DNA from: Acidimicrobiia bacterium
GTDB taxonomy: Bacteria; Actinomycetota; Acidimicrobiia; Spongiisociales; UBA4744
NCBI GenBank assembly: GCA_035282865.1
Contig: DATEVB010000087.1
Location: 1-48,316 of the forward strand
DNA length: 48,316 bases
Reading direction: 5' to 3'
Shown here: piece by piece, positions 18,101 to 27,656 of the stretch
Position numbering within the stretch: the stretch's first letter is position 1
Layout of the letters: the number at the start of each line of letters is the position of its first letter
Notes under the pieces: model-generated
Databases searched by the model: none
Seen by the model: the letters and a program-made list of their open reading frames with translations, nothing else
What the model was told of the DNA's origin: nothing
Translations under genes and position numbers: made by a program

Positions 18101-19995
18101 CGTTGTGCCACCCCCAAGGCTTCCCGGGCCGCCGAACGCAGCTGCCGGACTTTGGCCGAGAAGGCGAACCGTCTCTTAGCAAGACTCTCGAGAGCCTGTC
18201 GAGCGTCGCCGCTCGGCCGCTCGCCCAGCACCCGGATGATGCGTTCTTTCTCGTCGGTGTCGAGATTCGCCGACCAGAGAGCACCGATCAAAAGCGAGTC
18301 GGCCTCGCCGCTGCCGCGCACTCCGAGCATTGCGATGGCCGCCTGCCGCACACTCTCGTGGGGGTCCACCAGGGCCGCTCCGAAATACTCCACGCTTCCG
18401 CTATCCAGGCTGGTGAGCGACCGCAGGGCCTCCACGCGGACCCGGTGGTCCTCATGAAGGAGCAGGCGGCGGACCGCCCCAACACACTCAGTGTTGCCAG
18501 AGCGGCCGAGCACTACGGCCAGATTCCTCACGAGGAACCACCGCCCGTCGTCGAGTCGCGCAATGACGCGGCCAGGATCACGCGTCGACTCTCTGCCGAG
18601 CACGTCGAGCAATGTCCTGCGTCGAGCCCGGTCTTCCTCAACCGACATGATGTCGATGAGCGCATCGACATGGCTGGGAGCAAGGATGGAAAGGAGGCGT
18701 TCCGCCGAGTCGGCACCATCATCGTCGGCCACCTTGCCGATGAGGGCTTCGAGAACGTCGGGAGCGCCCGCCTGCGAAATCGCCTCCGTTACCTCAGCGG
18801 CGCGGTGTTCGGGATAGGTTGGATGATCCACGGCCGCCCGGAGCCACAGTTCGGCTCGCCGGTAACGACCGCGTCGGATGCTGGCACTGATCTTTCCGGT
18901 CAGGACGCGCATGAGCCTGCGAAATCGGTCGTCACGTTCTTCGACCGCCAGCAATCCCCGGAATGTGTCGAGCGTCTCGTAGAAGTACCTCGACGGATCG
19001 GGAAACTGGTTTCGCAGCGAGGCCAAGGCCTGCCGCTGGGGCAATTGGCCCTCGAGATCGGACAGTCGGCCTTGAACCCTGGCCGCGACGAGCTCTCGCG
19101 CGGAGCGGACCGGCTCCGGAGACTCGAGAAGGCCGAGGAGGTCCTCGGGCCGCTTGCCGGTCTGGTCGGTTGCTATCCGTGCATAGTCGAGCAGTAATGA
19201 GAATCCTCGCGAATCGAGGTGGGGAGCAAGGAGGGCCAGCTCGTTTCCGGCGAATTGATCGAGGAACACCCGATCAACCCGGTCGTCCTGTCCCGCCAGG
19301 AATCCATCGAGAACGGACACCTGGGAGTTCTCGTCGAAGTAGAAGAAGGCATCGACGAAGACGGTGACAACCGTCTCACGTCCCGCCACGTCGTTCTCAA
19401 CAACGCGGGACAAGACATCCCGGTACCGATCGTGGAAGACCTTCTTCAGCCGTTCCCTGTCCCCCTCAGTTTCCTCGAGCAAGCGACGAGCGAATTGTTC
19501 CGGGTCGGCGCCTTCAGTCATGAGGGCCCGAACGCCGGCGTCGCGCTCGACTGCCTCGACCGGTTCGCCGAAGGAGCTCAACAGCGATCGGGTCACGACT
19601 GCGAAACAGGAGACACCTTGCTTGGTGAGGATTACACCTATCCCGCCTGCTTCACGCAGATCTTCCTCGTCCTCGGCTAGAACGCTGAGGAAGGTGACGA
19701 TGTCGGCGTCGGAAGGCTTGCCGGAGAAGGCCAGCACTTCCATGTTGTGCACAAAGCACTGCTTGACGAGCCGCTCGGCGGCACCCCGCCCTACCGCAAC
19801 TTCTTCGCCGTCGACCAGGAATCCTGCCGGCCCGACTTCCAGCGACAGCTCCCGATCTCCGATGGCCTGCCGCAACGAGTCGGCCACCCGCCGGAACGCG
19901 CCCTGCGACGCCGGATCGGGGTAGAGGTTGTACACCGTCCAGGCCGCGGACAAGGCTTCGACCACCGCGCAGGCGCGAACCAGGTCAGCGGTCAT
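18097..19995 (-). CDS. Large uncharacterised protein with C-terminal HEAT/PBS-lyase-type repeats
   Basis: 632 aa. The C-terminal roughly 180 aa show repeated 'D..VR..A...LG' units ('HEDHRVRVEALRSL', 'DPHESVRQAAIAMLG'). The N-terminal roughly 120 aa resemble the N-terminus of the adjacent HD-GYP protein by eye. Both ends have ATGA overlaps. Confidence 0.65.
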   Translation of the reverse strand: MTADLVRACAVVEALSAAWTVYNLYPDPASQGAFRRVADSLRQAIGDRELSLEVGPAGFLVDGEEVAVGRGAAERLVKQCFVHNMEVLAFSGKPSDADIVTFLSVLAEDEEDLREAGGIGVILTKQGVSCFAVVTRSLLSSFGEPVEAVERDAGVRALMTEGADPEQFARRLLEETEGDRERLKKVFHDRYRDVLSRVVENDVAGRETVVTVFVDAFFYFDENSQVSVLDGFLAGQDDRVDRVFLDQFAGNELALLAPHLDSRGFSLLLDYARIATDQTGKRPEDLLGLLESPEPVRSARELVAARVQGRLSDLEGQLPQRQALASLRNQFPDPSRYFYETLDTFRGLLAVEERDDRFRRLMRVLTGKISASIRRGRYRRAELWLRAAVDHPTYPEHRAAEVTEAISQAGAPDVLEALIGKVADDDGADSAERLLSILAPSHVDALIDIMSVEEDRARRRTLLDVLGRESTRDPGRVIARLDDGRWFLVRNLAVVLGRSGNTECVGAVRRLLLHEDHRVRVEALRSLTSLDSGSVEYFGAALVDPHESVRQAAIAMLGVRGSGEADSLLIGALWSANLDTDEKERIIRVLGERPSGDARQALESLAKRRFAFSAKVRQLRSAAREALGVAQR

Positions 19996-20645
19996 CCGTC
20001 GATGCTGATGAGATCTTCTCGAAGAGCGTACATGACCGCCTCGTTTCGAGAATGCAGGCCGAGTTTGTCGAGGATGTTCCGGACATGGTTCTTGACCGTG
20101 TTTTCGGAGATATAGAGCTTCTCTCCGATCGCGCGGCTGGTCTGCCCGTCGGCGATGAGCTGGATCACTTCAACCTCTCGACCGGTCAGAGTTGGTTTCC
20201 GCCCCACAACCACCTCGCGGTGTTTGAGCAACTGGGCGACGGTTTCGAACAGCTTGCCACCCATCATGGGCGATACCACCGCACCTCCGTTTACTACCCA
20301 CTTCATGGATTCCACAAGCTCGGGAAACGGTGTCGATTTCACGATGTAACCGCGGGCTCCTGCCTTGATGGCCGCCAGCAGGTCTTCTTCCGATTCACTC
20401 GACGTCAGCAGCACTACCTTCGATGTGGGGGATACACCGATGATCTTGTCGACCACCTCAACGCCCGACATGCCCGGCATCAGAACGTCGAGAACTACCA
20501 GATCTGGTTTCAGCTCCTTGGAGAGCATTACCGCGGCCATGGCATCCTCAGCCTGTCCGACCACTGCGAAACCGGCATTCGAAAAAGCGGCCGACAGGCC
20601 GGCGGTGAAAAGCGGAGCGTCGTCGACGACGAGGACCTTGGTCAT
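19992..20645 (-). CDS. NarL/LuxR-family response regulator (REC + HTH), no cognate kinase nearby
   Basis: 217 aa. Acidic pocket D8-D9, phospho-acceptor D53 ('VVLDVLMPG'), 'LLTSS', 'YIVKS', and a C-terminal LuxR HTH ('LTGREVEVIQLIADGQTSRAIGEKLYISENTVKNHVRNIL'). Confidence 0.9.
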   Translation of the reverse strand: MTKVLVVDDAPLFTAGLSAAFSNAGFAVVGQAEDAMAAVMLSKELKPDLVVLDVLMPGMSGVEVVDKIIGVSPTSKVVLLTSSESEEDLLAAIKAGARGYIVKSTPFPELVESMKWVVNGGAVVSPMMGGKLFETVAQLLKHREVVVGRKPTLTGREVEVIQLIADGQTSRAIGEKLYISENTVKNHVRNILDKLGLHSRNEAVMYALREDLISIDG

Positions 20646-21193
20646 GCAGGCTCAATCAGGCCGTAGGCTCCGTCGCGGCGCCGGTAGAGCACGGTCGGCA
20701 GATCCGAGTCGGCACTGTGGAAGAAGAAGAAGTCGTGCCCAAGCGTTTCCATTTGCAACGCAGCCTCCTCAGGCGTCATAGGTTTCATCACGAATTGCTT
20801 GACTTTGACGATCTCGAGCGCTTCGAGTTCAGAAGAATCTTCGACCAGTTCAGCTTGCTCATTGAGATGTTTGTTGTCGGCACGGCGTGAGCGAGTGATC
20901 AGACGACCCTTGAGTTTCTTCATCTGCTGACCCAACCGTTCCGCGGTCACATCGAGGGCCGCTTCCGGAGTGCTGGCTGCTCCGGCTACACGAACGACGT
21001 TCCCTGCCGCCGACGCGGTGATCTCAACTCGGAAGCGCTCGTCGGCGATGCGAGGGTTCCGCTCCTCCGTTACCTCAATGTCGGCCGAGCTGATACCGTC
21101 GAAGAACTTGGCGGCACGGGAGATCTTGCTGGCGGCCGACTCCCGAAACCGATCTTCGATCTGGAAATTCCGGCCGTGCATCTTGACGTCCAA
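20642..21193 (-). CDS. hpf: Ribosome hibernation promoting factor (long HPF)
   Basis: It has the 'GRNFQIEDRFRE...' S30AE domain plus the C-terminal dimerisation domain ('KPMTPEEAALQMETLGHDFFFFHS'). I prefer the TTG start at 21193, 6 nt after a perfect AGGAGG. The ORF-track GTG at 21217 is an alternative. Confidence 0.85.
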   Translation of the reverse strand: MDVKMHGRNFQIEDRFRESAASKISRAAKFFDGISSADIEVTEERNPRIADERFRVEITASAAGNVVRVAGAASTPEAALDVTAERLGQQMKKLKGRLITRSRRADNKHLNEQAELVEDSSELEALEIVKVKQFVMKPMTPEEAALQMETLGHDFFFFHSADSDLPTVLYRRRDGAYGLIEPA

Positions 21194-21293
21194 GGTCAAC
21201 CTCCTGGATTGGGGCACCCGCTGCCGTGCTCACTCGGAGCGACCGGGCCAGATGAGCCACTGAACCGACTTCGCTCGGCCGCTTCGAATCGGA

Positions 21294-21905
21294 TCACACG
21301 ACAACTCTACCTGCCGAAGTCGCCGTCACGGCGTAGCCGGCGGATTCACCGGCAGCCTGCCGGGCAGCCCACAGGGTCGATCCGGTGGTCAGCACGTCGT
21401 CAACCAGGATGAGACGACCGGGTGGAATCGGGCCGGCACCGAACCGGACCACACCTCGCGAGTCTCGTCGCGTCCCCGCATGAACGGGAGCCCACAGCGG
21501 CCGACGTAACACGTCCACAAGCTCCAATCCGGTGACGGACGCCAGCGCCCTGGTCAACTCGAGACCCGGATCCACCCCGTACTTCCAGGTCCGCAGGAGC
21601 ACTCTCCTCACCGGCACCAGCGAACCCGCAATGCCGTCCAACACCTCGGCCATACGCTCGGCGAGAAGGCCGGCCGCCGGCCGGATCCCCTGGTATTTCA
21701 AACGATGCACGAGCACACGGGCCGGGCCGGCATGAACAAAGCCGGACCCGACCAGCAAGCCTCCGGGTATGCGCCTCCGCCCGGCAGGAATGAGCTGATC
21801 ACGACATCTGCCGCAGAGCAGACCACTCCCGGCCCGCGAGCAAACCAAACAGACCACGATGACACCGTACCGGTCACTACCGACAGAATCCCGTGACATG
21901 ACCAC
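21294..21905 (-). CDS. ComF-family phosphoribosyltransferase-like protein
   Basis: 203 aa with an N-terminal Cys pairs 'CLVCSR...CGRC' and the PRTase motif 'LILVDDVLTTGSTL'. It lies upstream of hpf, as in other actinobacteria. The start may be the GTG at 21905 or the ATG at 21899. Confidence 0.8.
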   Translation of the reverse strand: MVMSRDSVGSDRYGVIVVCLVCSRAGSGLLCGRCRDQLIPAGRRRIPGGLLVGSGFVHAGPARVLVHRLKYQGIRPAAGLLAERMAEVLDGIAGSLVPVRRVLLRTWKYGVDPGLELTRALASVTGLELVDVLRRPLWAPVHAGTRRDSRGVVRFGAGPIPPGRLILVDDVLTTGSTLWAARQAAGESAGYAVTATSAGRVVV

Positions 21906-21949
21906 TGAGAGTGGCTAGCTTTAGGGCGGGGCTCACGCTGGGAGGCGAA

Positions 21950-23758
21950 GTGAACGGAACCGTTGAAATCAACCGGGAGCGGCAGAGGCTGCGCCGGTTG
22001 CGCAAACTGGCCGCGGTGTTGACCGTCATCACGGTCTGGATGTGGTGGCGCATCGCCAATGGTGAAACACCTTGGCCGGCGCTCCCTCACTTTTCCGACG
22101 AGGCGTTGTTCTGGCTCCCCGGGATCATCATCATCTTGCTGCTGGCGATGGTCCTGATCGTCCCGATGTTGGGAAACGCCCGGTCACCCCACGTCATGTT
22201 CCGTGCCGAGCAGCTCGACACGACATTCGCCGACGTCAAGGGGCTGGGTCGGGTGCTCGATGAGGTGAGCCACACACTGCGGGTCTTGCTCGATCACGAG
22301 ACACTGAGAAACCAGATGGGTGGTTCACCGCGCCGGGGAGTCCTGTTCGAGGGCCCGCCCGGCACGGGCAAGACGCATGTCGCCAAGGCCATGGCCAGGG
22401 AGGCCGGGGTCCCGTTCCTCTACGTATCCGCCACCGCTTTCCAGAGCATGTGGTTCGGGATGACTGCCCGCAAGATCCGGTCGTTCTTCCGGGCCCTCCG
22501 CAAGGCCGCCCGCCACGAGGGCGGCGCCATCGGTTTCATCGAAGAGATCGACGCCATCGGGCTGAGCCGTTCACGGGGCAGCACCATGTCGGCCACACCG
22601 TCGAAAATGGTCGAACCATCCATCAGCAGCGACACCGGTGGGATGGTCAACGAGCTCCTCATCCAGATGCAGAGCTTCGACGAGCCGACCACGAGAATAC
22701 GGCTGATCGGACGGCTCAAGGATCTCGTCAACCAATTCTTGCCCGAGCACCGCCACCTGACCAAACAACCCGCTCCTTACGCCAACATCCTCTTGATTGG
22801 AGCGACCAACCGCGCTGAAGCCCTCGACGCCGCCCTGTTGCGCCCGGGACGCTTCGATCGGGTGTTGCACTTCGGACTGCCAGGTCTTTCCGGCCGCCGC
22901 GAGTTGATCGACTACTTCCTCGAGAGCAAGGCCCACGCAGCTGAACTCGATACCGACCGGGTGAGGAACGAGCTGGCCTCCGCAAGCCTCGGGTATTCAC
23001 CGGCGTCGCTCGAGCGGCTCTTCGATGAGGCGCTCCTCCTCGCCCTGCGCGCCGAACGGACCTCGCTGTCGTTGGAGGACGTCCACACCGCCCGGCTGGA
23101 GATCGAGGTCGGTCTGCCCGAACCGATCGACTACCCGGAGGACGAAGAGCAAACCATCGCCGTGCACGAGGCGGGTCACGCCACCATGGCCTATCTGGTC
23201 GGGAAGGGCCGACGGCTCGAGATGCTCTCGATCATCAAGCGACGGGAAGCCCTCGGTTTCCTCGCCCATCGCCTCATCGACGAGCGCCACACCCAGCGCC
23301 GGAGCGAACTGGTCGCCTTGATCCAAATTTCGCTCGGCGGCATGGTCGCCGAGGAGTTGTTCTTCAGCGAGTCCGGCACGGGTCCGGCCGGCGATCTCGC
23401 CTCGGCCACTCAGGTGGCGGCCGAAATGGTGGGGTCCCTGGGTCTGGGAGGCTCGTTGGTGTCGTTGCGCGCCTTGGACAACGGCCCACTGGGAGGCAAT
23501 CTGGTCGCCAAAGTCCTGGCCGACCCCCAGGGAAGGGCAGCCATCGACATCATCCTCTCCGAAAACAAGGGCGAGGTGGGCCGCCTGCTCGCCCAGAACC
23601 GTCACATCGTCGAAACCCTCCGCGACGCGCTGCTCACCCGCCACGAACTGATCGGAGACGAGATCCTCGACGTGATCCGGAAGGCAGAGACGGCCCAACC
23701 GGCCGGCCCATCGGTCCAGATCATCGACCTTCGAGAAGAAAGCGAAGTTGACGGTTAG
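21950..23758 (+). CDS. Divergent FtsH-like membrane AAA+ / M41 zinc metalloprotease
   Basis: It has two N-terminal TM segments, Walker A 'GPPGTGKT', pore loop 'MWFG', Walker B 'GFIEEIDA', 'ATNR', 'LLRPGRFDR' and zinc motif 'HEAGHA'. The GTG at 21950 sits 4 nt after GGAGG; the ORF-track GTG at 21911 is an alternative. Confidence 0.8.
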   Translation: MNGTVEINRERQRLRRLRKLAAVLTVITVWMWWRIANGETPWPALPHFSDEALFWLPGIIIILLLAMVLIVPMLGNARSPHVMFRAEQLDTTFADVKGLGRVLDEVSHTLRVLLDHETLRNQMGGSPRRGVLFEGPPGTGKTHVAKAMAREAGVPFLYVSATAFQSMWFGMTARKIRSFFRALRKAARHEGGAIGFIEEIDAIGLSRSRGSTMSATPSKMVEPSISSDTGGMVNELLIQMQSFDEPTTRIRLIGRLKDLVNQFLPEHRHLTKQPAPYANILLIGATNRAEALDAALLRPGRFDRVLHFGLPGLSGRRELIDYFLESKAHAAELDTDRVRNELASASLGYSPASLERLFDEALLLALRAERTSLSLEDVHTARLEIEVGLPEPIDYPEDEEQTIAVHEAGHATMAYLVGKGRRLEMLSIIKRREALGFLAHRLIDERHTQRRSELVALIQISLGGMVAEELFFSESGTGPAGDLASATQVAAEMVGSLGLGGSLVSLRALDNGPLGGNLVAKVLADPQGRAAIDIILSENKGEVGRLLAQNRHIVETLRDALLTRHELIGDEILDVIRKAETAQPAGPSVQIIDLREESEVDG

Positions 23759-23807
23759 CGGTTCGCGGCTGGGTCGGACATCCAACTTCCCACAACTTCA
23801 AACCTCT

Positions 23808-25055
23808 CTACGTTCCCTCTTTCCAGGTGGCGAGGTAAGCCAGCTGTTCATCGGTCAGCACCTCCAGGCCGCAGCCGAGGTGCTCGAGCTTGATCCTCGC
23901 CACCTCTTGATCCAGCTCCGCGGGAAGGGTGTAGACATCCGGTTTGAGGGTTTGGGCCCGTTGAACCAGCCATTCGGCGGCCAGGGCTTGATCCGAAAAA
24001 GACATGTCCATGACGTCGGCCGGATGACCTTCCGCCGCACTCAAGTTGACCAAACGACCCTCAGCGGCGACGAGCAATCTCCGCCCGTCGCTCAGGACAT
24101 ACTCCTCCAGGTTTTCCCGCACGGGCCTGCGTTCAACGGCCTGGGCCGCTAGGGCCGGGAGATCGAGTTCAACATCGAAATGGCCGGCATTGGCGAGGAT
24201 GACGCCGTCCTTCATCCGATCGAAGTGACGATCCCGGAGCACATGCTTGTTGCCGGTCACAGTGATGAAAACATCGCCAACCGAGGCGGCATCGTCGGCG
24301 GTGAGAACCCGATACCCGTCCATGGCCGCTTCCAGAGCGCGGACCGCATCCACCTCGACCACGACCACTTTGGCGCCCATTCCATTTGCCCGATCGGCCA
24401 CACCCCGACCACAGTCCCCGTACCCGACGACCACCACGGTAGACCCCGCCAGGAGGACATTGGAAGCCCTGAGGATGCCATCCATCGACGACTGCCCGGT
24501 GCCATAGCGGTTGTCGAAGAGGTGCTTGGTAGCACTGTCGTTGACCGCCACCACCGGCAACCGCAGGGTTCCGTCGGCCGCCATGGCGCGCAGGCGGATC
24601 ACGCCCGTCGTCGTCTCTTCGGTAGAGCCGATCGGCTGTAGGTCGGTACGCTCGGTGTGGAGCACGGTCACTAGGTCAGCACCGTCGTCCATCGTGATGT
24701 CAGGGTCGGTGTCGAGGACCGCATGAATGTGCCGGTAGTAACGCTCGTTGTCCTCCCCCCGGACGGCAAACACCGGGATCCCATCATCCACCAGCGCGGC
24801 AGCAACGTCGTCCTGAGTGGACAGGGGGTTGGAGGCGCACAAGACGACGTCGGCCCCGCCGTCGCGCAATGCCAGCATCAGGTTGGCGGTCTCGGCGGTG
24901 ACATGCAGGCAGGCGGCCACCCGCCGACCGGCCAGCGGTTGCTCCATCCTGAATCGCGCTCGAATCACTCCCAGCACGGGCATGCGACGCCCCGCCCAGG
25001 CCACCCGTCGGGCACCCTTTTCGGCCAGCCCCGGATCGGCGATGTCGTAGTCCAT
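23808..25055 (-). CDS. ahcY: Adenosylhomocysteinase
   Basis: Start re-set to the ATG at 25055 ('[14 protein letters not shown]'), 2 nt after the upstream stop, giving about 415 aa. It also has '[13 protein letters not shown]' (NAD fold) and '[11 protein letters not shown]'. Confidence 0.93.
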   Translation of the reverse strand: MDYDIADPGLAEKGARRVAWAGRRMPVLGVIRARFRMEQPLAGRRVAACLHVTAETANLMLALRDGGADVVLCASNPLSTQDDVAAALVDDGIPVFAVRGEDNERYYRHIHAVLDTDPDITMDDGADLVTVLHTERTDLQPIGSTEETTTGVIRLRAMAADGTLRLPVVAVNDSATKHLFDNRYGTGQSSMDGILRASNVLLAGSTVVVVGYGDCGRGVADRANGMGAKVVVVEVDAVRALEAAMDGYRVLTADDAASVGDVFITVTGNKHVLRDRHFDRMKDGVILANAGHFDVELDLPALAAQAVERRPVRENLEEYVLSDGRRLLVAAEGRLVNLSAAEGHPADVMDMSFSDQALAAEWLVQRAQTLKPDVYTLPAELDQEVARIKLEHLGCGLEVLTDEQLAYLATWKEGT

Positions 25056-25057
25056 GA

Positions 25058-26056
25058 TCACTCCTCGTTGAGTAGAACCTTGAGATGCTCGATGACATCG
25101 ACCGGCACCGGGTCGATCCCCTCCTGCTCGGCGAGCTCGACGGACACCATGTCGCCGACCAAGGCCAGGCCGGCGATGCGAGCCAGACGGGACTCGCCCT
25201 GGGTCCACACCTCTCCAATCACCGGCACGCTTCCCGAGATCAGACTTGTGGTGAGGGGGAACCGGCGCTGCACCTGGGGGTGCTCCTCACGGTCACGGAG
25301 AAGAACGATCCCCACCGAGCGGCGGGTGAGCGCCTCCAATGCCGACCAGCCGACGATTTCGTTGTGGTCGAGTTCCGGAAGCACCGACCAGAACGCAGGC
25401 CGCTTTCCGTTCTCGTTGATCTGCGTCTTCCATCGCTGCGCTACTGGAGCCGTCAGCCCACTCGAACCGTAGATGACGGATATGCGGCCGGCTAGGCCCT
25501 CCGCCAGATCCATGGCCAACTGTCCGGCGGGACCCGTGCGGCCATCACCCCACAGCTCACCAACCACCGATGCGGCCTCGTGGAGCGCATCCGTTTGTTG
25601 GTCCGTGACGCCCGCCGATTCCAGCAATCGCAGCACACCGCCGGTCAGATAGCCGAGCGCCGCCCGGGGTTGAAGCCCGGTCGGTACCCGGACGATCGGG
25701 ACATCCCGCTCATCGGCCAGATCGCCCAATGCACCACCGCCCGCCACCATGGCTACCGGCAACTCGAGCGCCCGCGCCTCCTCTACCACCGATCGCGTCT
25801 CCTCGGTGTTCCCCGAGTAGGAAACGGCGATCACCAACGGCCGTAGCCTCGCCGCCCACCCCGGAAGGGAATACCCCTTGTTGACGGCCACAAGTGCCGA
25901 TGGGATCACGGCGGCCGTCAGATCGCCCGAAATGCCTGACCCCCCCATTCCACACACCAGGACGGTTTCCGCCCGAGGCATTGGGGGTGGATCGAGCTCG
26001 GCCGCCCACCGGTACTGATCGCTCAATCCGGCCAGCATCTCCCACATCGGGCTCAT
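25058..26056 (-). CDS. SIS-domain bifunctional phosphoglucose/phosphomannose isomerase-like protein
   Basis: Start re-set to the ATG at 26056 (ATGA overlap with the trm112 stop), giving 332 aa. SIS motif '[12 protein letters not shown]' and a second SIS-like half. Confidence 0.75.
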   Translation of the reverse strand: MSPMWEMLAGLSDQYRWAAELDPPPMPRAETVLVCGMGGSGISGDLTAAVIPSALVAVNKGYSLPGWAARLRPLVIAVSYSGNTEETRSVVEEARALELPVAMVAGGGALGDLADERDVPIVRVPTGLQPRAALGYLTGGVLRLLESAGVTDQQTDALHEAASVVGELWGDGRTGPAGQLAMDLAEGLAGRISVIYGSSGLTAPVAQRWKTQINENGKRPAFWSVLPELDHNEIVGWSALEALTRRSVGIVLLRDREEHPQVQRRFPLTTSLISGSVPVIGEVWTQGESRLARIAGLALVGDMVSVELAEQEGIDPVPVDVIEHLKVLLNEE

Positions 26057-26223
26057 GAGTCGCCGCGCCGGGTAGCTTCTTCGACGAGCATGATGGGAAT
26101 GCCGTCTCGTACCGGATACCGTAGGCCACAACTGGTGCACACCAATTCCGGATCCTCCTCCCGCAGATCGCCCTTGCAGGCCGGGCATACCAGGATGTCC
26201 ATCAACTCCTTGGGAATCATCAT
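26053..26223 (-). CDS. Trm112-family small zinc-ribbon-like protein
   Basis: The 56-aa product '[20 protein letters not shown]...[20 protein letters not shown]' is the classic Trm112/UPF0434 pattern. ATGA overlaps join it to manB (26220-26223) and to the downstream isomerase (26053-26056). Confidence 0.85.
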   Translation of the reverse strand: MMIPKELMDILVCPACKGDLREEDPELVCTSCGLRYPVRDGIPIMLVEEATRRGDS

Positions 26224-27560
26224 GTGGCCTCCACGATCGAGCGGACCCGGTCGACGAGCTCGGCAACTGCCGGCGCGTCGGCCGCTTCGACATTGAGCCG
26301 CAGCACCGGCTCGGTATTCGACGGCCGAAGGTTGAACCAACGGTCGTCCCATTCGATGGTCAGACCGTCGGTCCGATCCTGACCGGCGTCGGTGAACCCC
26401 TCGGCCACCAGCTCCAGCGCCCTCGCCTGGTCTTCCACATGAAGGTTGATCTCACCCGAGGCGGCATATGGTTCGAACTCTCTGCGAAGCTCCGAGAGCG
26501 GCCGACCATCCTCTGATAGCACCTGCAGCAGGACCAACATGGCCAGCATCCCCGAATCGGCGCAGAAGTTATCACGGAAGTAGTAGTGACCAGAATGCTC
26601 TCCCCCAAACGCGGCGCCGGTGTCGGCCATGATCTGCTTGATGAAGGAGTGCCCCACCCTGGTGCGAACCGGCTCACCGCCGGCGGCGCGCACACTCTCG
26701 GGCACGGCACGACTGGTGATCAAGTTGTGAACGATGATCGCTCCGGGTTCTTTGCGCAAGAACCAGGCGGCAATGATGGCGGTGGTTGTGCTGCCCGAAA
26801 GCGGTTGGCGTTGGTCGTCGACGAAGAACGCCCGGTCGGCATCTCCGTCGAAAGCCACTCCGAGGTCGGGACGTTCGCGATCCATCAGTGCGAGAAGATC
26901 GCGAAGATTCTCAGGGTTGAGTGGATCGGCCGGATGGTTGGGAAAGGTCCCATCCGGCTCGAGGTAGAGGCCGGATAGGTGGGCCGTCAGGCGATCGAAC
27001 ACCGCAGGCAGAACCACTCCTGCCATGCCGTTCCCCCCATCTACGGCCACCATGAGAGCACCGATCCGTTCAGGATCGACGATCCCGAAGAGGTGTTCGA
27101 TGTACCCGGGAAGGGGATCGAACGGTTCGATCGTCCCGGTCGCGTCGCGGTCCGGAAGCCCGGCTTCAGCGTGCGCCCTGATTGCCGCCAAACCGGTATC
27201 GGCGCCTACCGGGGCGGCGCCTTCCCGGCAGAGCTTGATCCCGTTCCATTCCGGGGGGTTGTGCGATGCGGTGATCATGGCTCCCGGTACCTGCCGGCTT
27301 CCCGACACGTAATAGACGGTGTCGGTCGCAACCTGGCCTATGTCGAGCACGTCAACGCCTTGGGAAGCGGCACCGGCCATGAAGGCGCCGGAGATGGCCG
27401 GGGACGACAACCGGCAGTCGTAGCCAACCGCCATCCGGCTCGCACCGGCGAACTGGGCGAACGCCGCGCCGATCCGACGAGCCGCGTCTTCGTCGAGATC
27501 ACCCGTGTCGGTCCGCCCGCGTATGTCGTACGCCTTGAAGATCTTCTGCAGGTCGCCCAT
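26220..27560 (-). CDS. manB: Phosphomannomutase/phosphoglucomutase
   Basis: 446 aa with the phosphoserine loop '[13 protein letters not shown]' and metal loop '[10 protein letters not shown]'. Synteny with DUF3499, Trm112 and the isomerase matches the actinobacterial manB locus. Confidence 0.88.
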   Translation of the reverse strand: MGDLQKIFKAYDIRGRTDTGDLDEDAARRIGAAFAQFAGASRMAVGYDCRLSSPAISGAFMAGAASQGVDVLDIGQVATDTVYYVSGSRQVPGAMITASHNPPEWNGIKLCREGAAPVGADTGLAAIRAHAEAGLPDRDATGTIEPFDPLPGYIEHLFGIVDPERIGALMVAVDGGNGMAGVVLPAVFDRLTAHLSGLYLEPDGTFPNHPADPLNPENLRDLLALMDRERPDLGVAFDGDADRAFFVDDQRQPLSGSTTTAIIAAWFLRKEPGAIIVHNLITSRAVPESVRAAGGEPVRTRVGHSFIKQIMADTGAAFGGEHSGHYYFRDNFCADSGMLAMLVLLQVLSEDGRPLSELRREFEPYAASGEINLHVEDQARALELVAEGFTDAGQDRTDGLTIEWDDRWFNLRPSNTEPVLRLNVEAADAPAVAELVDRVRSIVEAT

Positions 27561-27656
27561 TCCTGGTCCTTGCTGCCGGTGCCAAACCGCATTGTACGGC
27601 CGGATACCACCGCCGGGATACTCGACATGAACCGATCCCTACACTGCACGGCGCAC

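Noticed and set aside
25056-25057. SAH riboswitch upstream of ahcY.
   Set aside because: ahcY starts 2 nt after the preceding stop codon, so there is no leader in which a riboswitch could reside.
26979-27626. N-terminal roughly 215 aa of the 466-aa ORF-track call that ends as the GT2 gene.
   Set aside because: This part is antisense to manB and has no GT2 features. The GT2 domain begins right after the ATGs at 27627 and 27657, which lie in the manB-divergent intergenic region.
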